A DNA stretch of 39,628 nucleotides. Origin: a virus. Taxonomy: Duplodnaviria; Heunggongvirae; Uroviricota; Caudoviricetes. The stretch lies in the IMG/VR virus record IMGVR_UViG_2554235126_000004, one strand, 5' to 3'. How positions within the stretch are numbered: the stretch's first letter is position 1; each line of letters begins with the position of its first letter. The notes under the pieces are model-generated. The model was not told where the DNA came from. It searched no databases and worked only from the letters and a program-made list of their open reading frames with translations. The position numbers were made by a program, and so were the translations under genes. Positions 1-8,004 of the stretch are shown here, piece by piece.

Positions 1-465
1 TCACTTTGATTCAATTTTGAAACTTTTTTTAACCACTAAAATCATGCAGCTAATCACTTCTGCAATGAGGTTAAGAGATAGCACGATAGCAAAAAGTTCT
101 AAAGCAGTAAATAGCTTGCCTTTAGAAGGGATAAATTCGTGCTGAGGATAATTTACTAGTGGTATGTCATAATTACGTAAATAGGGAAGGAAGATTGTTA
201 CTGCCAGACACATGACCAGTAATTTCAAATCTAATTCTAAACTATCTAAATAGTCCGTAAAGTCTGTGCTTTTCTCGCCCTTATTAATGACAGCCAAAAT
301 TCCGAAGATAACGGAGATACCTGCGGCAATACCTCCAAGTATTGAACCTATTACTCCAGCAGAAGCCTGCTCAAGTAAGGTATAAATGGTTTTATCAGTC
401 GATGCTAATGCTAAGCACAAAAAGAAGGTAGCTATAGCTTTAATCCAGACAGTTAGATTTTGCAT
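1..465 (-). CDS. small integral membrane protein (about 4 predicted TM helices), cargo gene
   Basis: 154-aa ORF with four long hydrophobic segments; overlaps upstream ORF by 26 bp (operon); AT-rich; stop codon at window positions 1-3. Confidence 0.6.
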   Translation of the reverse strand: MQNLTVWIKAIATFFLCLALASTDKTIYTLLEQASAGVIGSILGGIAAGISVIFGILAVINKGEKSTDFTDYLDSLELDLKLLVMCLAVTIFLPYLRNYDIPLVNYPQHEFIPSKGKLFTALELFAIVLSLNLIAEVISCMILVVKKSFKIESK

Positions 466-1336
466 TTTTGAACGTATACCTGTTTTGATGTAATGCTATG
501 ATCTCTTTAATATCATTTGCTGAGTAGCCATCAAGTTCAATTTCTGATATCTCACCTTCGATCAGCACGATTTTGGCTGTCTGATTACTGGATACCGTAG
601 TAGATTTTGACTTGAGTGTCTTACGTCCTTTAATCAACCATGACCCGCCACCATCTTTGACCCAGTCAACAAGAGTCTCAGCCCAATGAGAACCTTTGAG
701 TTTCAAATTGCCATCTTTGTTTTCAAAAATAGTGGTCACAGTATTTGCATTGGTATCTTTTTCAAGCTTCCGTAAATCATTGGTTAACGCTTGCTTACTG
801 CTTCCGAAGATATTCGGAGTAATCAGCGTAAAGCTGACTTTGTCGATAAATTGAAGCCTATGGTATTCTGACCAAAAATCTTCCATTTCAAGACAAGGCT
901 CTATAAATATTCTAAGTCCTAACTGAGCCAAATAGTCGTTATTGGCTAGATCTTCGAATGCTTTAGCAACTTGTTGCGCATCCTTGAAAACAGCGGTTTT
1001 CCTCTCAACCAGTAACACCTGCTCTACTTTGTCCCAAATCCATACGATAGGTGGATAGTTGTCTACATCGTACTCTCGAAAGTCTTTATCATGTCCTTTA
1101 ATCTTTTGCAGCTTTGATATGACTCCAGCCATAACACCATCAGTAGGTTTTATGCTCAATTTCAGGGTGTAACTAGTTTTCTTATGAACGGAAGGTGTTG
1201 ATGACGTCATGTGTAAATTTTTTGCAGCGACAACCATAGCATTTTCAAAATGAGAGATATCTTTCTGAACAGCTCCTTTCGAAAAGAGGTCTGGATCGCG
1301 CGGTCTCATTAACACACGTAAGGCATACAACTGCAT
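440..1336 (-). CDS. hypothetical soluble protein, family not recognised; first gene of two-gene cargo cassette
   Basis: 298-aa ORF on int strand downstream of int; AT-rich relative to backbone; segment YDVDNYPPIVWIWDKVEQVLLVERK could be a PD-(D/E)xK-like motif (speculative). Confidence 0.6.
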   Translation of the reverse strand: MQLYALRVLMRPRDPDLFSKGAVQKDISHFENAMVVAAKNLHMTSSTPSVHKKTSYTLKLSIKPTDGVMAGVISKLQKIKGHDKDFREYDVDNYPPIVWIWDKVEQVLLVERKTAVFKDAQQVAKAFEDLANNDYLAQLGLRIFIEPCLEMEDFWSEYHRLQFIDKVSFTLITPNIFGSSKQALTNDLRKLEKDTNANTVTTIFENKDGNLKLKGSHWAETLVDWVKDGGGSWLIKGRKTLKSKSTTVSSNQTAKIVLIEGEISEIELDGYSANDIKEIIALHQNRYTFKNAKSNCLD

Positions 1337-1451
1337 AAGAAAACTCCTGTAAACTATTTGGTTTCATTATTCCATAAAACCAAGCACTTTCAAGAGCTTA
1401 ATTTTCTTTAAATTCTGTATGCATATACAGTATCATTCAATTTTGTAAAAT

Positions 1452-2579
1452 TCAAACCTTGATTTTTGCCCATTCCTTACCACGATCATCATGGTATTTA
1501 GCTGTCTGGTTAGGCGATTTATGTCCCAGAAGTTTTTGGGTGTCGACGCCCTGAGCTTCGTAAAGTCGCTCAGATAAAGATCTTTGTTCATGGAATGTGG
1601 CGGGCGAACCTTCACCCCAGTCAATGCCTGCTAAATCCCTCGCTTTACTGAAATTCATCGTCAATGTATTGGCTTTTACTTGCGCGCCACGTTCAGCCTG
1701 TGAAGTAGTACGAAAAAAATGTACAAGGTATGGGCTGACTGCATAGTCACGGCAGCGGGCTACTACATCGCGTAAACTCCAGTTAATTGCATTGAGGCGA
1801 AGGGAAAGCGGGATGGCGATTTTGCTCCCGGTTTTTTCTTGGATGACGTGAAGATGATCATCCCAAATATCGCTAAATTTCATACGTGAGATATCACCTA
1901 ACCGTTGGCCGGTAACCAGTGCTAACAGCATGGCATTCCCCATATAACGATGGCGTGCATCTGCGATATCAAAGATTTTTTGCCATTCTTCAAGACTTAA
2001 CCGTTGTCGGGTAATTTTTCTTCTGGGTTGTTTGGTTGCCAGTGCTGGATTATAGCCCGGAGGGACTTCCCCATAGTGTTGTGCCTCCTTGAATACATCA
2101 ATTAGAACGGAGCGGACTACTTGCGCCATCCTCGGTTGCCCGGCAGTGATATACTCGTCAAGTAATTGTGCTATATCCCTTACATCAACTGATGAAATTA
2201 ATTTCATTCCTGCTCGTTCCCTGAGCAAGGATACTGGTTTGGCTTTCTGTTTATAGGTGTTTAGCTTTATATCGCCACTTTCCAGTCTGTCATCCTGGAT
2301 TGCTTGATAGCGATCTAACCAGGTTGACGTTGTGATTGCTTTTCCTTTGCTGGTTGCGATCCTGTCACTGATAGCCAGAATCTGCCGGGTTCTTTGCTCA
2401 GCCAGGCGTGAATTTGCCTCAGTGGCAATAGCAATGGCTTCAGCTTCGTTTGTGCCTAAAGAATGAAACTTCCCGGTCACAGGATGTTTATATCGCCAAT
2501 AGACTTTATTTACTTTTCTACTATAAAGCGGATACAAGTTCGGGACTGAAACATTATTTTTACGTGGTCTGGCTGCCAT
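1452..2579 (-). CDS. int: tyrosine recombinase, phage integrase
   Basis: 375-aa ORF with integrase-like N-terminus (MAARPRKN...) and C-terminal catalytic-domain pattern; adjacent overlapping excisionase. Confidence 0.9.
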   Translation of the reverse strand: MAARPRKNNVSVPNLYPLYSRKVNKVYWRYKHPVTGKFHSLGTNEAEAIAIATEANSRLAEQRTRQILAISDRIATSKGKAITTSTWLDRYQAIQDDRLESGDIKLNTYKQKAKPVSLLRERAGMKLISSVDVRDIAQLLDEYITAGQPRMAQVVRSVLIDVFKEAQHYGEVPPGYNPALATKQPRRKITRQRLSLEEWQKIFDIADARHRYMGNAMLLALVTGQRLGDISRMKFSDIWDDHLHVIQEKTGSKIAIPLSLRLNAINWSLRDVVARCRDYAVSPYLVHFFRTTSQAERGAQVKANTLTMNFSKARDLAGIDWGEGSPATFHEQRSLSERLYEAQGVDTQKLLGHKSPNQTAKYHDDRGKEWAKIKV

Positions 2580-2820
2580 TACTTAAAATCCTTTGTAGAA
2601 TAATAGAATCATTTTTCTTGATGACAGGAGTAACTAATTCCCCAACTAACTCTGCATCCTCACGCACTCGCCATAGTCGACCTTGTTTCATTGCCGGTGG
2701 ACAAAATAAATTCTGCTTAGCATAACGACGCAATGTGGACACGCTTGGAGGATTACTTCTGTATTTTTCCGCAGCCCATTCCTCAAGTGTCAGCATTTGA
2801 AGCATTTTTGATAACCTCAT
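2560..2820 (-). CDS. xis: excisionase (lambda Xis-like); true start probably ATG at 2805
   Basis: MLTLEEW...TLRRYAKQNLFCPPAMKQGRLWRV resembles lambda Xis; overlaps int start by 20 bp; GAGG precedes ATG at 2805. Confidence 0.7.
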   Translation of the reverse strand: MRLSKMLQMLTLEEWAAEKYRSNPPSVSTLRRYAKQNLFCPPAMKQGRLWRVREDAELVGELVTPVIKKNDSIILQRILSNGSQTT

Positions 2821-2848
2821 TTCTTTTGCTACAAAACTATTTCACTAG

Positions 2849-3397
2849 TTAATTTCGCTGTCTGGATTGTTTATGCATCTTATGCAGCTCTTTAAAGCGT
2901 TCCATAAACATCCCGTAGGCATGGCCCGGTGCCAGTGGAATCACGTTGAACATCTCTGTTGCCGGGATGCCTTCCAGTACAGGCCAGAAAGAGCCATCAT
3001 CAAGCCCGAGATCGCGGCGTTCGGTTGCCAGCATGATGAGATCGGCATATTTCACGGGCGTACTCATAACCGGGGGTAACCCGTATTTCTCACGGATTAC
3101 GGCGTCTATTTTTTCTTCCATCTGTTTATAGTCAGGAAGAAGGCGTTTCAGTGGAGCGGGGATGTCCTGGCAATACGCTTCTGTTGCATCATGCATTAAC
3201 GCTTCAAAAGCAAATTCCTGCGGTACCAGTTGGCTGCAAAGAACCGCATGTTGGGCGACGCTGTAGAAGTGTGAAAGATGTCCTGCAAAGCGACAGATAT
3301 TTGAAAGGGAAACCGCGATATCGTTAATAACGATGTCGTCTTTATTTATCCTGTCATAATAAAAATGCTTCCCAGAAAAAGTTTTAATAAATGACAT
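2849..3397 (-). CDS. HD-domain phosphohydrolase (YfdR-like 5'-deoxynucleotidase)
   Basis: Contains H..HD motif (LMHDATEAY); start placed at ATG 3397 preceded by GGAG with 6-nt spacer (ORF track extends to 3460). Confidence 0.7.
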   Translation of the reverse strand: MSFIKTFSGKHFYYDRINKDDIVINDIAVSLSNICRFAGHLSHFYSVAQHAVLCSQLVPQEFAFEALMHDATEAYCQDIPAPLKRLLPDYKQMEEKIDAVIREKYGLPPVMSTPVKYADLIMLATERRDLGLDDGSFWPVLEGIPATEMFNVIPLAPGHAYGMFMERFKELHKMHKQSRQRN

Positions 3398-3525
3398 TTT
3401 GTTCTCCACGTTATTTGCGCTGCACCGCACTGAATTCTGGTAAAAGGAAGCCCTCACCATCCGGAGATTATTGAGTTAATTACGTTTCCATAAATGCCCC
3501 CGCAGGGGCATTTGCAGTAATCAAA

Positions 3526-4350
3526 TCAGGCGGTGAAAGTACCAATAAAGGTTTCTACTTTGCTGTCTTTGAATTTCTCAACAAGCAGATCGCGAAATTC
3601 GTTAGCCATTTCTTCCTGCACCGCCTCCAGCTGAATAATGCGCAGAACAAGTACAGGACGATCGCCAGTGATAATGCTGAGGCGTAATTTAAAAGAACGT
3701 TCTTTCAGACCTTCAAACGGAACGCATTTAAATTCAAATGCCACTGGCATAATGTCTTTGGTCTTCGCTTCGACAGACTCCATCAGGGAGCGTTTGCCGC
3801 TGAAGTCATTATCTTCAAAATCAGCGGTCTGGTTTGCTTCAATCGTGATTTTACGGACAGCCGCAGCCGCTTTTGTTGCCTGGATAGCGTCACCATTAGC
3901 ATCAAAACCCACAAGGTAGTCGGCCCAGTCTTCAATCCATTCTGCCAGTGACTTCTGGGAGTTACGCTCGCTGTTAACAGACAACAGTGCAGAGAACGGT
4001 GCTGTCTTTTTCAGTTTGAGAGTGGCGGTGTTATCTGCGTGACCTGGTTCATCAATAGTACCCAGGTTAAGCACACTGACGGCACGCATATTATCAGCAT
4101 CGATAAAGCAGCGGGTGCCTTCATCTGCAAGATCTTTAGAATAACGGGTAAAGTCATCGATGCTGGCAGTGGAAAGCGCACCACGGAAACGGAAGCGATT
4201 TAAATTAAATTTTTCCAGATCATGAATGCGGAAATTCTCAGGCAATGCTACAGCATCGGCACCAATCTTACTGATAATTTCATTAACACCCTGAGCAGAA
4301 ATAATAGCATGGATTTGATTAATTGCGGTTGCGTCTAAGTTCTGAGACAT
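3526..4350 (-). CDS. YfdQ-like phage protein (DUF2303-type)
   Basis: 274-aa ORF, GAGGA RBS 7 nt upstream; resembles CPS-53 YfdQ family as recalled. Confidence 0.65.
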   Translation of the reverse strand: MSQNLDATAINQIHAIISAQGVNEIISKIGADAVALPENFRIHDLEKFNLNRFRFRGALSTASIDDFTRYSKDLADEGTRCFIDADNMRAVSVLNLGTIDEPGHADNTATLKLKKTAPFSALLSVNSERNSQKSLAEWIEDWADYLVGFDANGDAIQATKAAAAVRKITIEANQTADFEDNDFSGKRSLMESVEAKTKDIMPVAFEFKCVPFEGLKERSFKLRLSIITGDRPVLVLRIIQLEAVQEEMANEFRDLLVEKFKDSKVETFIGTFTA

Positions 4351-4415
4351 AATAAGTCCTCACTATATAAAGATATTCAGTGATGAGATAAATAATCAGT
4401 TAATTAAGAACGATA

Positions 4416-4778
4416 TTAATGACCTGCTGCGCGGAGTTTTCCGTCAGGTTCACCGGCAAGAGTCAGTAATTGTCCCTGGTCTTCCTGCAGAATAGTCAGG
4501 CGACCACCGCGATTGACATACATCGGCGTTTCGGTGGTGTCTTCTTCAGAAATTTTCCCGCGGTTAGTCGGGCGAACATATGAGAGTTTGTGTTTGATTT
4601 TCACTCGGTTCTCATCAAATGGTTCGATTTCCAGGTTGAGTGAGACCTTACCTTTGGTTTTCGTGTTCATCACACCGGAAGCGACTTCACTGAGAACTGC
4701 GCCGATTTTGGTTTCAAATACGCCGCCGTCCAGCTCCCCGATAAATGCCTGCACATCAGTACTGCGTTCGCTAGCCAT
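4416..4778 (-). CDS. YfdP-like small phage protein
   Basis: Start placed at ATG 4778 (MASERSTDV...) with GAGGAG RBS; upstream in-frame extension to 5096 is Arg/Cys-rich and non-protein-like. Confidence 0.55.
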   Translation of the reverse strand: MASERSTDVQAFIGELDGGVFETKIGAVLSEVASGVMNTKTKGKVSLNLEIEPFDENRVKIKHKLSYVRPTNRGKISEEDTTETPMYVNRGGRLTILQEDQGQLLTLAGEPDGKLRAAGH

Positions 4779-5180
4779 TTTGCTGCTCCTCATCATATCG
4801 ACCCTGCAAGGCCGATTAGTTTCTCCACAAAACAGAGAAGAACACCTGCGGTGGCAGCCGCCCGGATGGATTGAGTTATGAGCCCGTCGTCCGGTGATGC
4901 TCTTCTCTGTTTTGTAAAAAGGACGGTACCAGCCGGAAGCAAGGGTACAAGCTGGTACCGCCAAGACTACACACAGCATAAAGTTGTGGTGCCGGGTGCC
5001 TCCCGGTGCCTGGCGAAGGTTGCACACCAGGCGGGTGGGTATCCACAGAAGGTCGACTGTCAGCCTCAACCTTAACCCGCGTGCGCTGAGCAGCATTCAC
5101 CACAACGCTAAGGATTCTCTCTGGTTGAAAATACTTAGCTGTTATGTGCCTGCTTTTAGCCACATCAGGCGAGGTGGACC
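4779..5180. other. GC-rich structured non-coding region with nested inverted repeats (candidate structured RNA)
   Basis: About 400 bp without plausible ORF; 15-bp perfect inverted repeat ACAAAACAGAGAAGA / TCTTCTCTGTTTTGT (about 4828-4916) enclosing further GC-rich stems; 9-bp stem GGTACCAGC/GCTGGTACC at 4925-4959. Confidence 0.3.
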
Positions 5181-5232
5181 TGGTTATTCCCCAACAACAA
5201 GGATTCGGTTAATCTGGTTATCCCCAACAACG
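5181..5232 (+). repeat. direct repeat CTGGTTAT(T)CCCCAACAAC x2 immediately upstream of the 144-aa gene
   Basis: Copies at 5181-5200 and 5214-5232, second ends 15 bp before ATG 5247; possible regulator binding sites. Confidence 0.4.
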
Positions 5233-5246
5233 CAAAAGGAAAAGAA

Positions 5247-5681
5247 ATGTCCGGTAATATCTACACGTTGTACAAATCCCACTGTGAAAATGTTGGAAAG
5301 TATCGGGGCATTGAAATCAGTGGGGTAGTGTCATCAGTCGAAATAAGCAAAGTGGAATCAAGGGCAACATTACTTACTCTTCTGGATCTTGTCTTACATG
5401 AGCACCGGAAGAAATTCGGCACTCCCTATAATCAGTTGAATGGGAAAAAGGCTCTGGTTCACCTTATTCTGATGAAGCATCACTGGATGCCAAAACAGAT
5501 TAATGAGATGAAATTTGATGAACTTCTTCTTTCAATTCAGGATGAACTCACACTTGATAAAATAAGCGTAACCGCCCAGAAATTTTTAGATTATCGAGAC
5601 TGGAGATCACAAATTCATCACTTTGATGATTTTGACGAAAATGAATGGGATCCTAATTTGTCTGCACAATATCTAAAGTAA
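5247..5681 (+). CDS. hypothetical protein (AT-rich cargo gene, opposite strand to early-left operon)
   Basis: 144-aa ORF with AAAGGAAAAG upstream of ATG; AT-rich codon usage unlike flanking genes; 3' end overlaps convergent 68-aa gene by 29 bp. Confidence 0.5.
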   Translation: MSGNIYTLYKSHCENVGKYRGIEISGVVSSVEISKVESRATLLTLLDLVLHEHRKKFGTPYNQLNGKKALVHLILMKHHWMPKQINEMKFDELLLSIQDELTLDKISVTAQKFLDYRDWRSQIHHFDDFDENEWDPNLSAQYLK

Positions 5682-5859
5682 CATCCTGTGATAAAACCGT
5701 GATTTCCTGATCCAGTTTTTTTAAGGAGTCTATTGTTTCCTGTCGATAAGACAGCACTTCACGAAGCTGGTTTATAGCTGCCAGCTTCTTTGCCATCCAC
5801 TCGTAAATTTCCTCATTTGTGTATCCGGGCGCGACGATTTTGGGTTCTGTTTTGTGCAT
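5653..5859 (-). CDS. hypothetical small protein, first gene downstream of pL-like promoter
   Basis: Start placed at ATG 5859 (MHKTEPK...) with GAGGAGG RBS 7 nt upstream; 68 aa. Confidence 0.5.
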   Translation of the reverse strand: MHKTEPKIVAPGYTNEEIYEWMAKKLAAINQLREVLSYRQETIDSLKKLDQEITVLSQDVTLDIVQTN

Positions 5860-5901
5860 TTCACACCTCCTCAAGTTATCAGTTACTTGTTGATGGGGAC
5901 C

Positions 5902-5937
5902 AGATTGTTAAAGAGCTAAGCGTCCTGTAGGGCGCTT
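5902..5937 (-). promoter_or_regulatory. rrn-type boxA-like element (GCTCTTTAACAAT) with adjacent hairpin in the pL leader
   Basis: Minus-strand sequence AAGCGCCCTACAGGACGCTT (hairpin) followed by GCTCTTTAACAAT, matching the rrn/nut boxA consensus as recalled; on plus strand the same hairpin plus T-run could act as terminator for the 144-aa gene. Confidence 0.35.
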
Positions 5938-6026
5938 TTTTGTTGCTAACGAATCATCCTGGACTTCATATGCCCCAGGCGGCTACTTCGTGGGCGTCCT
6001 GCCTGTTTGTTGTTTCTCTTAGGTAC

Positions 6027-6054
6027 ATTATGTATCTCAAGGGTACATTGTCAA
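6027..6054 (-). promoter_or_regulatory. pL-like early-left promoter (TTGACA-N16-CATAAT) overlapping operator half-sites
   Basis: Read on minus strand: TTGACA at 6054-6049, 16-nt spacer, CATAAT at 6032-6027; GGTACAT/TGTAT operator-like repeats overlap. Confidence 0.5.
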
Positions 6055-6056
6055 GT

Positions 6057-6080
6057 ATAAAAAAACCTGCCGAAGCAGGT
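6057..6080 (-). terminator. rho-independent terminator downstream of cI
   Basis: Minus strand: stem ACCTGC/GCAGGT with 4-nt loop followed by U7 run, 14 nt after cI stop. Confidence 0.55.
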
Positions 6081-6093
6081 TCATAAACATTGA

Positions 6094-6768
6094 TTAGGCT
6101 TTGATTTTGTATCTTCTTGGTTTTCCTGAGAAAATCACAGTTCCAATTATAGAGCAATTACCGTTGATCTTAATGTAAGGCTCAGGCCAGTTTGGGTTTA
6201 ACGCTTTGAGATAACGCTGTGTCCCATCTTCTATCAACCTTTTGAAGGTGGTTTCACCTGTATCGTGCATCAATGCAATAACGTCGTCACCGTGGCAGGC
6301 AGGTACTTCAGGATCGACAAAAATCATGTCTCCCGGGCGGTACTCATCAATCATTGAATCACCTATCACCCGCAAGATATAAGTCATTTCCCCACAGGGT
6401 ACAGGGCAGGGATACGTTTCTGCTGTGCTCAAATCAACCTCAGAATATCCAACTTCTTTCCATGCTCCGGCCTGTACCCATGATATGACAGGGACTAATG
6501 TGATTTGTTTATTAGTGATTGAAACATCAGGTTTTTTTGTGATGTTCGTTGTCTGGTGTTCTTGATCGAGCCATCCGACAGGCAGGTCGAAACATTTTTC
6601 GATGTGTCGTGCCATGTTGTCACCGATATTTTTAGTAGCACCATCTCCCATAAACCTGCTGGTCTGGGTTGGCTCGCGATCAATCATAGTGGCAAAGGAA
6701 GAATTCCCGCCAACACCATCTCTCAGTTTTCTGGCGTTAGACCGCCGGATGTCATGGATTGTTTTCAT
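6094..6768 (-). CDS. CI-type prophage repressor (HTH plus S24 LexA-like peptidase domain)
   Basis: 224 aa; N-terminal HTH, C-terminal GDSM...K autocleavage-type motif; divergent from cro with operators between. Confidence 0.9.
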   Translation of the reverse strand: MKTIHDIRRSNARKLRDGVGGNSSFATMIDREPTQTSRFMGDGATKNIGDNMARHIEKCFDLPVGWLDQEHQTTNITKKPDVSITNKQITLVPVISWVQAGAWKEVGYSEVDLSTAETYPCPVPCGEMTYILRVIGDSMIDEYRPGDMIFVDPEVPACHGDDVIALMHDTGETTFKRLIEDGTQRYLKALNPNWPEPYIKINGNCSIIGTVIFSGKPRRYKIKA

Positions 6769-6783
6769 AACGAAATTAAAACC

Positions 6784-6853
6784 CTTGTACCGTTAAGGTA
6801 CAAGTATCTTGAAGGTTCATTTCAATCATGTAATATGTACACCGGAGGTACAT
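6784..6853. promoter_or_regulatory. immunity operator region (OR-like) between cI and cro
   Basis: Perfect 21-bp palindrome CTTGTACCGTTAAGGTACAAG (6784-6804) and ATGTAC-N7-GTACAT (6835-6853); same GTAC half-site recurs at the pL side (6020-6050). Confidence 0.6.
6809..6836 (+). promoter_or_regulatory. pR-like promoter for cro (TTGAAG-N16-TAATAT)
   Basis: -35 at 6809-6814, -10 at 6831-6836, 22 bp upstream of cro ATG; overlaps operator. Confidence 0.5.
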
Positions 6854-6858
6854 ATTGT

Positions 6859-7059
6859 ATGAAAGCGTATTGGGACTCTTTAACCAAAGAACAGCAGGGC
6901 GAGTTGGCCGGAAAAGTTGGCTCAACACCTGGCTACTTACGGCTGGTTTTCAATGGCTATAAAAAAGCCAGTTTTGTGCTGGCTAAAAAACTTGAGCAAT
7001 GCACGTCAGGTGCAATTACGAAATCTGACTTAAGACCGGATATCTATCCGAAAGATTAG
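6859..7059 (+). CDS. Cro-like small HTH regulator
   Basis: 66-aa ORF divergent from cI; GGAGG RBS; ORF track entry 6556..7059 is an upstream extension overlapping cI on the opposite strand. Confidence 0.75.
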   Translation: MKAYWDSLTKEQQGELAGKVGSTPGYLRLVFNGYKKASFVLAKKLEQCTSGAITKSDLRPDIYPKD

Positions 7060-7090
7060 CAGAACACTTTCAATTTTTAACCACAGAACG

Positions 7091-7660
7091 ATGAGGCTAA
7101 TCGTGGGTAAGCATCACTGGAAAGTAGAAAAACAGCCTGAGTGGTACGTGAAAGCTGTCAGAAAAACTATCGCGGCGTTGCCGGGTGGTTACGCTGAAGC
7201 GGCTGACTGGCTCGATGTAACAGAAAACGCTTTATTCAACCGCCTTCGTGCAGATGGCGATCAGATTTTCCCGCTGGGATGGGCAATGGTTTTACAGCGT
7301 GCTGGTGGCACTCACTTCATTGCTGATGCTGTGGCGCAGTCTGCAAATGGCGTCTTTGTGTCTCTTCCTGACGTCGAGGATGTGGACAACGCCGATATTA
7401 ACCAGCGTCTGCTGGAAGTCATTGAACAGATCGGCAGTTATTCAAAACAGATTCGTTCAGCAATCGAAGACGGTGTAGTGGAACCGCATGAGAAGACAGC
7501 AATTAACGACGAGCTGTATCTCTCAATTTCGAAGCTGCAGGAGCATGCAGCACTTGTCTACAAAATTTTTTGCATTTCAGAAAGTAATGACGCCCGCGAG
7601 TGTGCAGCTCCGGGCGTCGTGGCGTCGATTGCTTCTGGTTGTGGAGAAACTAACGCATGA
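7091..7660 (+). CDS. CII-like / YdaT-like regulatory protein (start may be GTG at 7103)
   Basis: Position immediately after cro as in Rac ydaS-ydaT; GAGG precedes GTG 7103. Confidence 0.45.
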   Translation: MRLIVGKHHWKVEKQPEWYVKAVRKTIAALPGGYAEAADWLDVTENALFNRLRADGDQIFPLGWAMVLQRAGGTHFIADAVAQSANGVFVSLPDVEDVDNADINQRLLEVIEQIGSYSKQIRSAIEDGVVEPHEKTAINDELYLSISKLQEHAALVYKIFCISESNDARECAAPGVVASIASGCGETNA

Positions 7661-7995
7661 ACAGTTTAACAACACACTACCGTCGCTCGCAACTGATTGC
7701 GCTTCCTGTACCGGGTGGAAAAGCGAAGGTGGAATATTGCTATGCAGTGAATGTACCAGGTGACAGGGAAATTGTAACCCACAGCTTTGCAGAGTGGGCT
7801 GTGGGTGATTTCAACCGGCAGAAGGAGACAGTCCTTTGCGACAAGTTAACCGCTGGTTCAAAGATCACTACGGAGTGCCCGTCAGAGTCATTCGTTGGGA
7901 GCCGGAAACACAACGGGTTATCTACCTCCGCGAAGGTTATGAGCATGAATGCTTCAGTCCGCTCGAACAGTTTCGTCGTAAATTCAGGGAAATAG
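7657..7995 (+). CDS. hypothetical protein (uncertain; see alternative small ORF 7836..8015)
   Basis: ATGA overlap with upstream stop suggests coupling, but product is not very protein-like. Confidence 0.3.
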   Translation: MNSLTTHYRRSQLIALPVPGGKAKVEYCYAVNVPGDREIVTHSFAEWAVGDFNRQKETVLCDKLTAGSKITTECPSESFVGSRKHNGLSTSAKVMSMNASVRSNSFVVNSGK

Positions 7996-8004
7996 AGGTC
8001 GGTT

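Noticed and set aside
1433-1624. 63-aa ORF overlapping the integrase 3' region
   Set aside because: Entirely embedded in the integrase gene in another frame; no support.
2450-2725. 91-aa plus-strand ORF antisense to int/xis
   Set aside because: Antisense to two well-supported genes; low-complexity product.
4779-5096. In-frame upstream extension of the YfdP-like ORF (track entry 4416..5096, 226 aa)
   Set aside because: The extension is Arg/Cys-rich, GC-rich and has no RBS; a good RBS precedes the ATG at 4778, so the region is treated as non-coding.
4800-5100. Retron msr/msd non-coding RNA suggested by the long flanking inverted repeats
   Set aside because: No reverse transcriptase gene anywhere nearby; kept only as a generic candidate structured RNA.
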